Shown one piece after another: positions 1 through 9,950 of a stretch of 64,000 nucleotides of DNA (positions are counted from its first letter, which is position 1; the number at the start of each line of letters is the position of its first letter). The DNA is taken from positions 1-64,000 of the forward strand of contig JBPRGF010000018.1 of NCBI GenBank assembly GCA_051418015.1, read 5' to 3'. The notes beneath the pieces were generated by a model. The model saw only the letters and a program-made list of their open reading frames with translations. It searched no databases and was not told the origin of the DNA. The position numbers and the translations under genes are program-made. The stretch comes from Candidatus Nitrospinota bacterium M3_3B_026. GTDB taxonomy: Bacteria; Nitrospinota_A; UBA7883; JBPRGF01.

Positions 1-152
1 ACATGACGAGGCCGCCGCGCCGCCCTGAACGAGGGAGAAGCGGTGGGCGAGAACAGTCCGAGCCCGTGACGCGCGTCACGAACCGGGGCGAACAGGCTTC
101 ACGCCGCTCAGCCTCTAGACGAGGCGAGTAGAATCTTACGAAAGGCTAATGC

Positions 153-181
153 TTGCAACCCGGAACGTAATAGGTTACACT
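153..181 (+). promoter_or_regulatory. sigma70-like promoter of higBA with imperfect inverted repeat
   Basis: TTGCAA-17bp-TACACT, ATG 6 nt later (probably leaderless). TGCAACC...GGTTACA overlaps it (possible HigA operator). Confidence 0.5.
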
Positions 182-187
182 TGTTCA

Positions 188-466
188 ATGATAAAGGGGT
201 TTCGGAGTAAAGGGCTGGGCAGGTTTTACAGGACCGGCTCGAAAGCCGGAATCGCGCCGGCTCATGCGAAAAGGTTGAGACTTATCCTCGCCGCTCTGGA
301 CAACGCGCGGGAGCCTAGGGACATGGGGCTTCCAGGCTTTGGGTTGCATGAGCTCTCAGGCAAGCGTAAAGGTTACTGGTCGGTCAGCGTTTCAGGGAAC
401 TGGCGGGTGATATTTTGTTTCGATGGAGAAAACGTGACGGACATCGATTATCTGGATTATCACTGA
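188..466 (+). CDS. higB: HigB/RelE-family toxin
   Basis: [10 protein letters not shown]...LHELSG...[13 protein letters not shown]...DYLDYH is the classic HigB pattern; toxin-first order. Confidence 0.92.
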   Translation: MIKGFRSKGLGRFYRTGSKAGIAPAHAKRLRLILAALDNAREPRDMGLPGFGLHELSGKRKGYWSVSVSGNWRVIFCFDGENVTDIDYLDYH

Positions 467-480
467 CAAGGAGAAAGACA

Positions 481-762
481 ATGATGTACAACCCACCACA
501 CCCCGGCGAGCTGATCCGGGAGATGTGCCTTGAGCCGCTCGGACTGTCGGTCACCGGCGCGGCGGAGGCGCTGGGCGTCTCCCGCAAGGCGCTGTCCGAG
601 CTTCTCAACGGCAAGTCCGGCGTAAGCCCGGAGATGTCCATCCGACTGTCAAAGGCCTTCGACACCACGCCGGAGTTCTGGCTTGGTTTGCAGATGAACT
701 ACGACCTTTGGCGGGCGAAGAAAAAAGCCCGCGGGATCAAAGTCAAACGGATCGCCGCTTGA
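481..762 (+). CDS. higA: HigA-family antitoxin (XRE HTH)
   Basis: PPHPGE...[49 protein letters not shown]. Confidence 0.93.
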   Translation: MMYNPPHPGELIREMCLEPLGLSVTGAAEALGVSRKALSELLNGKSGVSPEMSIRLSKAFDTTPEFWLGLQMNYDLWRAKKKARGIKVKRIAA

Positions 763-915
763 GCGAATACCATCGGAAGTAATCAAACAATCTGCCCTCT
801 TCAGCTCACTGGAGGCGCGGACCTAGCCGTGGGCGGGATGCCTCAAGGAGTAGTCGAGCGGCGCCTGCTCAACTTCGTTGGGCGCGCGGTTGGACAGACC
901 CTATGAAATAATATT

Positions 916-944
916 TTGACTCTCGCTTTGACGCCTAGTATAAT
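916..944 (+). promoter_or_regulatory. sigma70 promoter for the lipoprotein-protease cluster
   Basis: TTGACT-17bp-TATAAT. Confidence 0.65.
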
Positions 945-1059
945 ATTGCAAACCGCTGGAGAGTGAGATTTTGCCTATGCTAAATGGGGGCAAACGTCAC
1001 AGGCAGTACGCATTTTCACTCTACTTCCCTTCCTTCTTTAAACGCGGCGAGAGGGATCA

Positions 1060-2961
1060 ATGAAACTTGCCAGATTTGCCGTATCGTTAATTCTATCCCT
1101 CATTGTAATTATTTCATGGACTTCGGGATGTGGGGACAGCCCGAATGGCTCAGTAAAAAATACCGCATCCAATTTACAATCCCCCAAAGCAAAAACGAAC
1201 GCGCGCCTGGTTACCGGCAGGGTTTTCAAGGGACCGGTGTCGGGAGGCACGGTTACAGTCTTTAGCCTTAATGACGACGGCTCCCGTGGAAGCGCTCTGG
1301 CCGTGACTACAACCGGAGCGGACGGGTATTTTAGCTTCAGCCAGGAGTTTCCATTCCCAGTCATTTTTGTGGCGACAGGTGGAGCTTTCGTCGATGAAGC
1401 AAGTGGCGAGCTCCTTGAAATACCCTCGGATATTGAAATAACAACTATTTTAACATCGGTAAACCTGGGAGACGAAGTAGCCATTACGCCAATGACTTAC
1501 ATGGCCAGCATGCAAACCCTCTCCAGAATAAATTACGGTGAGGGCCTCTATACCGCAATCACAAACGCGCATAATGACGTTGCGCATGTTTTTGATTTGG
1601 ATTTTGATATTGCGCGCGTCATTCCAATGGACTTGACCGACCCCAATGAGACGGCAGACCTGCCCCCCGGCTCAATGATCGCAGATTCCACGGGAAACAA
1701 CTCTCCTGTTTATCAAGCATTTCAGTATGGTCTGGTTTTGTCCGCGATATCCCAATTCATTAATGAACAGACGCAGGGAAACAGCCAACAAAGAAATTAT
1801 GGATTAAGTAAAGATATCTACAACTATTTCATGGATACCGATATTTATGATTGGTTCCGGCTCTTTTTCTGCGTGGCCAATTTCGGTGAATGCCCCTCGC
1901 ATCGCTCGATTGGAAATGGCTCTGGAGGGGGGAACGCGGTTACACTGTCCAATGTTGTCGACCGGTTGTACACTGGGCTCGGAAATTCCGCCGCGAATTT
2001 CCTTTCAGGCGCCAGGAATAACAGCAATAAAAGCGCTGACCAGGCCAAGGTATCAGCCAATAAATCCGGGTGGAGAGGCGGGTCGTCCGGTGGCTCAAAT
2101 GGCGGTGGCAATTCGGGCGGCGGCGGTGGGGGTAACGTTTCACCCCCGCAAAGCGCTCCGGGCAACATATCGGTTTCTCTTTGCAGCCAAAGCGCCACCA
2201 TAAGCTGGTCCGAGGTTTCCGGCGCCGCATATTACAACATCTATTGGAGCAACTCGCCGGACGTATCCCCGGCCACCAGCGCAAAGATATCCAACGTAAG
2301 TTCGCCATATACGGTGAATGATTTATCGAATGGCGCCACATACTATTATGTCGTTACCGGCGCCAACGATGGCGGCGAGGGGCCGACTTCATCGGCCGCA
2401 AGCGCCACCCCGACAGGAGTCAGGCTTTTCACCGATCCGGCGTTTGAAGAATGCGTCCGGGCGGCGGCTGGAGGAATAGACCTTGATTCGCTGAGCCTGT
2501 TGACATCGCTGGATTGCAGCAAGCGGAGCATCAGCAGTTTGTCCGGGGCGGAAAATCTGGTCAATCTCGTAAATTTCGATCTGTCTTTGAACGTTATCGT
2601 CGATGTATCCCCGCTTTCCGCGCTGACTTCTCTTAAAAACCTGGACCTGCGCTCAAACGAGATTGAAGATGTGACGTCTTTATCGGCCCTTACAAAAATG
2701 GAAACGCTGGATTTGTCCTATAACAAGATATGGGCCGGGGTGGACTCGCTTGCGAACGTCCAGTATGCCAACCCAACCCTGTTTGATTTAAGGGAGAATT
2801 TCCAGTTCTATTTCGGCTACCCGGAGCAGTCCATCCATTGCGATCACTTGCAGAGCCTTATCGACTCTGTAACAGCGCAGGGAGGGGAAGTCCTCCCTGG
2901 GGCGATCGATCCTGGCAACAATTGCGCTCCGAACGGATGTTGGTTCTGTCCGTACTTCTAG
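1060..2961 (+). CDS. Surface lipoprotein with Gly-rich linker, fibronectin-III domain and internalin-type leucine-rich repeats
   Basis: Lipobox TSGC; GGGGGG linker; FN3 (ISWSEVSGAAYYNIYWS...YYYVVT); LRRs (LKNLDLRSNEIEDVTSL); Cys-containing C-cap. Confidence 0.8.
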   Translation: MKLARFAVSLILSLIVIISWTSGCGDSPNGSVKNTASNLQSPKAKTNARLVTGRVFKGPVSGGTVTVFSLNDDGSRGSALAVTTTGADGYFSFSQEFPFPVIFVATGGAFVDEASGELLEIPSDIEITTILTSVNLGDEVAITPMTYMASMQTLSRINYGEGLYTAITNAHNDVAHVFDLDFDIARVIPMDLTDPNETADLPPGSMIADSTGNNSPVYQAFQYGLVLSAISQFINEQTQGNSQQRNYGLSKDIYNYFMDTDIYDWFRLFFCVANFGECPSHRSIGNGSGGGNAVTLSNVVDRLYTGLGNSAANFLSGARNNSNKSADQAKVSANKSGWRGGSSGGSNGGGNSGGGGGGNVSPPQSAPGNISVSLCSQSATISWSEVSGAAYYNIYWSNSPDVSPATSAKISNVSSPYTVNDLSNGATYYYVVTGANDGGEGPTSSAASATPTGVRLFTDPAFEECVRAAAGGIDLDSLSLLTSLDCSKRSISSLSGAENLVNLVNFDLSLNVIVDVSPLSALTSLKNLDLRSNEIEDVTSLSALTKMETLDLSYNKIWAGVDSLANVQYANPTLFDLRENFQFYFGYPEQSIHCDHLQSLIDSVTAQGGEVLPGAIDPGNNCAPNGCWFCPYF

Positions 2962-3286
2962 CTTGGCGGATGGAATTACTCGAGTTTTCATCGGCGTGAT
3001 GATAAAGGAAGAGAAAGAATGATAACGGCAACCATGCATGGAAAACGATCGGTATTTTTGTTTGTGCTGCTCGCGGGGATTCTGGTGGGTCTCGGCGAGC
3101 ATGGAGGCTTTGCCTTCGCTGATGAACTGGAGTTCACACCAAGCCAGCGCCAGGATTTTTCAGACGAGGCGCTGAGGAGGCAATTCCCACCGAAGAAAGT
3201 AGAACCATATCCTCTTGAGATCGAGAGCGCGAGAACGCTGCCCGACGAAAACAAAATCATATTGCCGCCGCTTACAGCGAAAGAAA
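2944..3286 (+). repeat. Direct repeat copy 1 (~343 bp; partner 5773-6115)
   Basis: Manual alignment gives about 21 mismatches in 343 bp. Spans the lipoprotein's last codons, the intergenic region and the protease 5' end. Confidence 0.9.
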
Positions 3287-4716
3287 TCGAGATTATCAGG
3301 AACTGGAGAAGCGTGGACAAACGCAGACCTGCCATGGGTGGAATCGGCAGGGACGTTGAAGAGCCGATACGGGATAAGTGGAAATTTATTGTCAGGAAAA
3401 AGGCGCGTGGTGTTGAAATTAACGTATGGCAAATGGCGATAGTGTCGCCTGGAGCTATAGATATAAGTGTTAATTTTTCCAATATGAGACTGCCAGAAGG
3501 GGCATTCCTTTATACATATGGATTGGAGGCAAAACAACCTGATCGCTTTCAGACTAGCAAAACAGGGAGAGAGTGGAGCCTTACTGGAGTTGGAGATACT
3601 ATAGTATTGGAATATCATGTGCCTGTTGAGTATCCCGGACCTTCCGAGCTGGAGCCATGCTCAATTGAGAATATCATGCATGGATACGGTCATGATTATG
3701 ATCATAGTGGTAAACAGCAATCCAGAACCAAAGCTGTTTGCTTTAGCAACAACACATCAGATTGTTATGAAGATATATGTAATCATCTAAGTGAATATGA
3801 TAGAATTTCGCGCGCTGTTGCGCGACTTAAAATTAAAGGCATTTATGATAGCCAGCTAGGTTATTCATATTGCACAGGAACGCTGATTGGTAATAAATCA
3901 GGCGATTTTACGCCTTTTTTTTTGACGGCGTATCATTGCTTAGAGGACGAAGATTCTGTCCGTAATGCCCCTGATGAAGAAGCCAGATTCAAAGCGTTAA
4001 ACAATGTTGCAAAAAATATTGAGTTTAAATGGCATCACAATTCCTCATGTGGCACACCATCTACCAGTATAGGAGCGAAGTATCTAGCAGGCAAGGGAGT
4101 ATATGATAGTCATTTTCCCAAGAATACAGATTATGCTTTTTTCATGCTCCTAGGAGCCGCTCTGCCTGATGATAACAATGAGGTAATTTTTGCTGGAACA
4201 CTTAGAGCAGAGACGCTCGAAGACGATACAGATGTTGTTTCTATTCATCACCCAGGCAGCCCAGAAGATGCAAAAGGAGATCACAAGCGAATCTCATTTG
4301 GAAGTAAAAAATCAAACTTGGAATTTGACAATGACGAAGATGGAAAAGTTGATGAGACATATCCAGACTATAAAAAATACTATACAATACAGTGGTACAG
4401 TAGCTCAACTGAACCGGGATCATCCGGGTCTCCTTTAATTCCTGCTATGTATCCAAATTTAATTACAGGACATCTTCACGGAGGTTTTGCATCATGTGAT
4501 CATTTTGTTTGCGATAAAACTTATGATAAAGATCGGCCAGATCATTACGGTAATTTCTTTTACACTTACAACGACATCAATAAATCTCTAAATCCTGTTA
4601 CCGTTGGCAACTTGATAGTTGGCGGTGCCGACGACGAATTCGACAAAGGCGCGGGGAATGATGATGAGTATGTGAGGAAAAATGTGATCATTTATAGAGT
4701 CACTCACTGGCTTTAA
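3019..4716 (+). CDS. Secreted S1 serine protease, lysyl endopeptidase-like (paralog 1, lacking C-terminal accessory domains)
   Basis: Signal peptide, prodomain, catalytic triad TAYHC / TDYA / GSSGSP. Diverges from paralog 3 right after GAGNDD. Confidence 0.85.
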   Translation: MITATMHGKRSVFLFVLLAGILVGLGEHGGFAFADELEFTPSQRQDFSDEALRRQFPPKKVEPYPLEIESARTLPDENKIILPPLTAKEIEIIRNWRSVDKRRPAMGGIGRDVEEPIRDKWKFIVRKKARGVEINVWQMAIVSPGAIDISVNFSNMRLPEGAFLYTYGLEAKQPDRFQTSKTGREWSLTGVGDTIVLEYHVPVEYPGPSELEPCSIENIMHGYGHDYDHSGKQQSRTKAVCFSNNTSDCYEDICNHLSEYDRISRAVARLKIKGIYDSQLGYSYCTGTLIGNKSGDFTPFFLTAYHCLEDEDSVRNAPDEEARFKALNNVAKNIEFKWHHNSSCGTPSTSIGAKYLAGKGVYDSHFPKNTDYAFFMLLGAALPDDNNEVIFAGTLRAETLEDDTDVVSIHHPGSPEDAKGDHKRISFGSKKSNLEFDNDEDGKVDETYPDYKKYYTIQWYSSSTEPGSSGSPLIPAMYPNLITGHLHGGFASCDHFVCDKTYDKDRPDHYGNFFYTYNDINKSLNPVTVGNLIVGGADDEFDKGAGNDDEYVRKNVIIYRVTHWL

Positions 4717-4726
4717 ACATTGCTTC

Positions 4727-5851
4727 ATGACAGGAGGAACCATGCGAAGCGGATGGAAATATGGGAAGCGATCTATCTTCCCGCCGGGTTTGTCAGTCGC
4801 GCTGGCGATGATTGTTTTTCTGGGCGGCGGATTCGCCTTCGCCAATGATTACGAGATCACACCAATGGGGCGGCAGGATTTTTCAGAGGAAGAACTGAGA
4901 AGGCAATTCCCGCCGAAGAAAGTAGAGCCATATCCTCTTGAGATTGAGAGCGCCAGAGCGTTGCCGGACGAAAACAAGATCATATTGCCGCCGCTTACCG
5001 CAAAGGAAAGAAGCAGGGTGGACACAGGTCCAAGGTCAACCCAAGGCGGGATAGGAAGAAAAATTAAAAATAACATTGAAAATAAGTGGGCATTTGTTAC
5101 ACAAAAAAGGGCTTATGGCGCAGAAATAAATGTATGGCAGATGGCGATAATTAGTCCTGGAGCAGGGGCGATATCCCTTCACCTCAAAAATGTAAACCTT
5201 CCAAAAGGGGCCTTTCTTTATACATATGGACTAAATAAAAATGCAAGGTTACCTTATCGCGTGCAATCCACTACAAAGTCTACCGATGTTCGTACAGGCA
5301 TGACAGTTGGTGATACCTTGATATTGGAATACCATGTTCCGGTCATATATCCTGGTCCTTCTGATTTGGAGCCGTTCCACATCTTATTAATATATCATAC
5401 TTTTCTAAAGGTGGGAAGTAATGGCTCCACACCGATATTAGCGCGAAGTTGTACGCCGACATTTGGCGATTGCCATAATGATATTTGTGATCATCTTTCA
5501 TTCGGGACATCGCAAAAATCTGTTGCACTATTCTTTGTTGATAGAATAGTTGATGGGGCTCCCGAGCAGGGTAAATGCACCGGAACATTAATGCATAATT
5601 CCTCTGGGGATTTCACACCTTTTTTTTTGACAGCATATCACTGTCTACAGGATGATACCGTTATACAAGCTTCCAATGAGGGAGACAAAATTACAGCCCT
5701 TGACGATATTGCTTTTACAGCTTTATTCGATTGGCATCATGCTTGGTCATGTGGAACGCGAAATCGATCTGATTCTGCCCGTACTTTTAACTTGGCGGAT
5801 GGAATTACTCTAGTTTTCATCGGCGTAATGATAAAGGAAGAGAAAACATGA
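4727..5851 (+). pseudogene. Truncated S1 protease paralog 2
   Basis: Has TAYHC but no catalytic Asp or Ser. After WHHAWSCGT it reads into repeat copy 2. Likely start ATG 4742 after AGGAGG. Confidence 0.75.
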
Positions 5852-6115
5852 TAGCGGCGCCCATGCATGGAAAACGATCGGTATTTTTGTTCGTGTTGCT
5901 CGCGGGGATTCTGGTGGGTCTCGGCGAGCATGGAGGCTTTGCCTTTGCTGATGAACTGGAGTTCACGCCAAGCCAGCGGCAGGATTTTTCAGAGGAAGAA
6001 CTGAGGAGGCAATTCCCACCGAAGAAAGTAGAACCATATCCTCTTGAGATCGAGAGCGCGAGAACGTTGCCCGACGAAAACAAAATCATATTGCCGCCGC
6101 TTACCGCGAAAGAAA
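5773..6115 (+). repeat. Direct repeat copy 2
   Basis: Offset 2829 bp from copy 1; begins TTC TGC CCG TAC TTT TAA (FCPYF*). Confidence 0.9.
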
Positions 6116-8361
6116 GGAGTGGTTTAGACAACAGATCAGGCATAATAGGCTTGTCGAGGATAGTGAAAGCAAAAATAGCAGATAGGTGGAAGTTTGTCAC
6201 ACAAAAGAGGGCTTATGGAACAGAAATCAATGTATGGCAAATGGCGGCAGTTTCACCCGGCGCCAAGAGAGTAAAAGCTAAGCTATCAGCTATTAGTCTC
6301 CCGAAAGGGGCTTTTATATACACATATGGACTAAACGCAAGACAACCATATCGTATCCAGTCAACATATAAAGATACTACCAGTTCCACTTTTAGTGTCG
6401 ATGGCGATACTCTGATAGTGGAGTACCATGTCCCGGTAGAGTTCCCCGGCCCTAATGATCTGGAACCATGCGTAATTGATAGCATAGGTCACTTTGCCCT
6501 TGAACATGATATTAATGACCAATCATCGATATTAGCAAAAACGGACTGCCCTAAAAGTAAATATGATTGCAATAATGATATCTGTGACTACTACTCCTCT
6601 TTTGGGCAGACCTCGCGGCCTGTGGCACAATTGATAATAAAGAAAAAAGTAGATGGAAAAAATAGATACTACGGGTGCACAGGAACTTTGATAGTCAATA
6701 AAACTGGAGATTTCACGCCCTTTTTTTTGACAGCATACCACTGCTTAAGTGACGATACAGTGAAGCAAGCTGCCAACCAACAAGACAGACTTAATGCATT
6801 AAACAATATTGCAAATGATATTGAGTTTATTTGGCGTTATACATCTTCGTGTGGAGCATCATTTAGTACTGGAAAAGCAAAATATCTAATAGGCAAAAGC
6901 GCTGATGTTGCCATATTCCCTAATAATACAGACTATGCTCTTCTTATGCTTCTGGGCGCAGTTCTTCCAGATGAAAACAATGAGGTGTTGTTTGCAGGAA
7001 CACTTAGGGCTGAAGTGTTAGAAGATAATGCTGATGTTATTACCATTCATCATCCACGCGATGCACCAATGGATTACAAGCGCATTTCCTTTGGGGACAA
7101 TAGATTTGACCTAAAATTTGACAATGACAAAGATGGGGTGGTTGATGAAACATACCCAGACTACAAGAATTATTACACTGTTCAGTGGAGAAGTGGCGTT
7201 ACAGAGCAGGGGTCATCTGGTTCGCCTTTGTTTGTAAATTATGCAGGAAAAGAATTGCTCACCGGTCATCTGCATGGTGGTTATTCATTGTGCAATTTTG
7301 ATATTTGCGATGGGAGAACTATTGGCCCCGACAGACCTGCCTATTACGGTAAATTCTTTTACACTTACAACGACATCAATAAATCCCTAAATCCTGTCAC
7401 TGTGGGCAACTTGATAGTGGGGGGCGCTGACGACGAATACGACAAAGGCGCGGGGAATGATGACTTCGACCATGCCAGGCCTTTTACGCCTAATACTGAT
7501 CTCAAATACGGGCCTCTGGTTGTAAAGTGGGCTGACAGGGATTGGTATTCAGTTACGTTAAAAAGCCAGCAAAAACTGATTGTTGAAGCGGATTTCACTC
7601 ATGCTTATGGCGATATAGACGTTCGCATGTTCGGTGAAAACGGTTCTCTGCTTATCAATGAGGACGGCTCAGAAGCATGGGGGCGAAGCAATGATGACAA
7701 TGAGAAAGTGGAATACACAAATTACGACACATCCTGCGCTGAGAAAACAGTCAATACTGAGGTATTTCTATATAGAGGCCAGCGGAACGAATACTCCCTT
7801 GGCATGACCATCACCGGCGCGCCACCCACATTCGCGAAAAACCTGGACGCCAGCGATGGCGATTTTAATGACCACGTATTGGTCTCCTGGGCAGGGTGCG
7901 CGGATTCCTTTGATATATACCGTTCCACGAGCGCTGACGGCGAAAAAATATTTTTAGCATCCACAGCGGATAATTTTATTGAAGATTTCAACGCGGAGCC
8001 GGGCGTTCAATATTTCTACTGGATAAACGCGATCAATGATTACGGCGAGAGCGGTTACAGCGTGGCGACCGCGGGATACGTCAATGCTGATTGCGCTGAG
8101 TCGGTATCCCCGGAAAAAAGCGTTCATGGGCCCGGCTCATCAGACACAGGCAGAATAATCGTCAAGGCCCCAGCGGAGTGCCAGTGGACGGCGATAAGCA
8201 GCGTTGATTGGATTACCATCACCTCAGGCGCGGATGGGAGCGGGGATGGCGCCGTCTCATACTCTGTGGACGTAAACCTCGAAGGCCAGGCGCGTATTGG
8301 AGCGATATCGGTATCCGGGCAGGCTTTCACGTTACGGCAGAACGGCTCTCAATGTGAATGA
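5848..8361 (+). CDS. Secreted S1 serine protease paralog 3 with PPC-like, FN3-like and BACON-like C-terminal domains
   Basis: TAYHC / TDYA / GSSGSP; D.DWYSV...GDIDVRMF (PPC-like); ASDG...VSW...YRS (FN3-like); CQWTAISSVDWITITSG..GSGDGAVSYSV (BACON-like). Confidence 0.87.
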   Translation: MIAAPMHGKRSVFLFVLLAGILVGLGEHGGFAFADELEFTPSQRQDFSEEELRRQFPPKKVEPYPLEIESARTLPDENKIILPPLTAKERSGLDNRSGIIGLSRIVKAKIADRWKFVTQKRAYGTEINVWQMAAVSPGAKRVKAKLSAISLPKGAFIYTYGLNARQPYRIQSTYKDTTSSTFSVDGDTLIVEYHVPVEFPGPNDLEPCVIDSIGHFALEHDINDQSSILAKTDCPKSKYDCNNDICDYYSSFGQTSRPVAQLIIKKKVDGKNRYYGCTGTLIVNKTGDFTPFFLTAYHCLSDDTVKQAANQQDRLNALNNIANDIEFIWRYTSSCGASFSTGKAKYLIGKSADVAIFPNNTDYALLMLLGAVLPDENNEVLFAGTLRAEVLEDNADVITIHHPRDAPMDYKRISFGDNRFDLKFDNDKDGVVDETYPDYKNYYTVQWRSGVTEQGSSGSPLFVNYAGKELLTGHLHGGYSLCNFDICDGRTIGPDRPAYYGKFFYTYNDINKSLNPVTVGNLIVGGADDEYDKGAGNDDFDHARPFTPNTDLKYGPLVVKWADRDWYSVTLKSQQKLIVEADFTHAYGDIDVRMFGENGSLLINEDGSEAWGRSNDDNEKVEYTNYDTSCAEKTVNTEVFLYRGQRNEYSLGMTITGAPPTFAKNLDASDGDFNDHVLVSWAGCADSFDIYRSTSADGEKIFLASTADNFIEDFNAEPGVQYFYWINAINDYGESGYSVATAGYVNADCAESVSPEKSVHGPGSSDTGRIIVKAPAECQWTAISSVDWITITSGADGSGDGAVSYSVDVNLEGQARIGAISVSGQAFTLRQNGSQCE

Positions 8362-9896
8362 TCCTGTGAATAGTCTTTCCTCTTGAAAATGTAGAGGTCT
8401 TCAACATTCAATAGGAGATCATAATCTTTCCGCTTGAGAATGGAATTTACGGCTGCTTTACGAGCTCCGCGCTGTTCTTTTCTCTTCGCCATGGAATCCA
8501 GCACTACATATTCGTACTTTTCTTTTTCATAATCATGCATGTCTATCCCTCGGAACAGATATGCATTTGGATTATGATGCAGGTGCGTGTACGGGCCCGC
8601 TGTGGCCACGAGTGATACGCCCTTCGGGATCAGAGATATAGCTTTTCTCATTTTGCGCATACTCTCGCGCTGTTCAGCAGAATACTTATCAGCAGGGTTC
8701 GAAAGAATAGGAAGCGCCCCGTAATCCTTTGCGAGATAAATATTTGCAGCAAGAAGATAGATCGCGAAAGAGAATACGACCGCAATTGGCGCTTTCGAGA
8801 TAATTTTGGATCGGGAATATCCTATCATCCGTTGCAGGAGCTTCTTTATGTTTGAAAGCGCCAGGACAGACGCCAATGTCCAAAGTGGAACAATCATGAG
8901 TGGGTAGTGCAATAGCAAGCTAAACGAATGGTATCGCCTGTCCAGGAACAGTTCCAGTGATGGGCCAAATAATATCAAACATCCTAATGGGGATAATAAC
9001 GGCAAAAAGCCATATTGAACCATCAGCTCTATCCACTTAGCAGCCCTTGTCGGGTTATAAAGTAATTTTGTCAACATGGCATGTGGGTGCTCGATAAAGT
9101 TTATCAGTATATCTATTGGCGATTCACCCAACCAGTAGTAATTGCTTGCATACATGTAAGCTTCAGGCTCACCGATGGTTCCAGGTCCGAGTGATCGAAA
9201 ATATGGAAATGCGACACTAAATACGATCATAATATAGCTAATCGAGATAAGCCATGTAATCGCCGCCCATTTGAAATTTTTTTGCGCCACTGCGCTATAT
9301 ACGCCAAACATAAATAAAATAATCGCCGCGTCTTCTTTGCAGAATATTAGGAGAATCCCAAATAATAAATACCAACCCCACTTTCCATTCAGCATCGCAT
9401 AAAATGCGGATAACGAAAATAATCCTATATGAGCGGCCATATGATAATCGAATAAATTGCCCATGTGCACTTTGCCATTGGCCAAATATCCAATGGCGAT
9501 GATTAGGGCAATCCATTCATTGGAGAGCAATTTGCGTGCAATCAGGAATAGCGGAAGAGCGGCAAGACCAATGGAGAGACTTTGCCAGACGAAAATAAAC
9601 CAATATCCATCATCTATTAAATAATAGCCGGAGAGAATCAATAGAATCGGCGCAATATGATCGCTCCAATAATTGTACAATCTAGCATTTGAATACATGA
9701 AATTACCATATGCGGTATTGAAGCTCGCGGAGTCAATATTTGCATAATCACCCCATGTGCATTGGAATAAATTCCATCTATCAATTGAGTGGTAGGAAAA
9801 CCATGCTGTGTAAAAACATATAAACAGTATCAGCAGAGCCGCCGGAAAAATAGTCCCTCTGCAATCAACATCTTTTGATGAGATATCCTTGGCCAT
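8349..9896 (-). CDS. DUF2079-like polytopic membrane protein (GT-C-like glycosyltransferase)
   Basis: Many TM segments; DHIAPIL, FDYH and KED motifs; AT-rich. Confidence 0.7.
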   Translation of the reverse strand: MAKDISSKDVDCRGTIFPAALLILFICFYTAWFSYHSIDRWNLFQCTWGDYANIDSASFNTAYGNFMYSNARLYNYWSDHIAPILLILSGYYLIDDGYWFIFVWQSLSIGLAALPLFLIARKLLSNEWIALIIAIGYLANGKVHMGNLFDYHMAAHIGLFSLSAFYAMLNGKWGWYLLFGILLIFCKEDAAIILFMFGVYSAVAQKNFKWAAITWLISISYIMIVFSVAFPYFRSLGPGTIGEPEAYMYASNYYWLGESPIDILINFIEHPHAMLTKLLYNPTRAAKWIELMVQYGFLPLLSPLGCLILFGPSLELFLDRRYHSFSLLLHYPLMIVPLWTLASVLALSNIKKLLQRMIGYSRSKIISKAPIAVVFSFAIYLLAANIYLAKDYGALPILSNPADKYSAEQRESMRKMRKAISLIPKGVSLVATAGPYTHLHHNPNAYLFRGIDMHDYEKEKYEYVVLDSMAKRKEQRGARKAAVNSILKRKDYDLLLNVEDLYIFKRKDYSQDHSH

Positions 9897-9950
9897 TATT
9901 TTTAAAGAGCCGTTTAATTCGGCAATGACATCGCAGGCCGCCAGATAGTG

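Noticed and set aside
810..820. TGGAGGCGCGG resembling the ssrA 3' end (TGGAGGCGAGG) as the second att site
   Set aside because: Only an 8-bp exact match, which is expected by chance, and accessory genes continue to its left.
950..1059. GGCAAAC...ACGCA resembling a c-di-GMP-I riboswitch
   Set aside because: No GNRA-capped P2 stem or downstream consensus.
2944..7463. DGR- or shufflon-type mechanism for the protease repeats
   Set aside because: No reverse transcriptase, mismatches are not adenine-specific, and no shared short inverted sites were found at the junctions.
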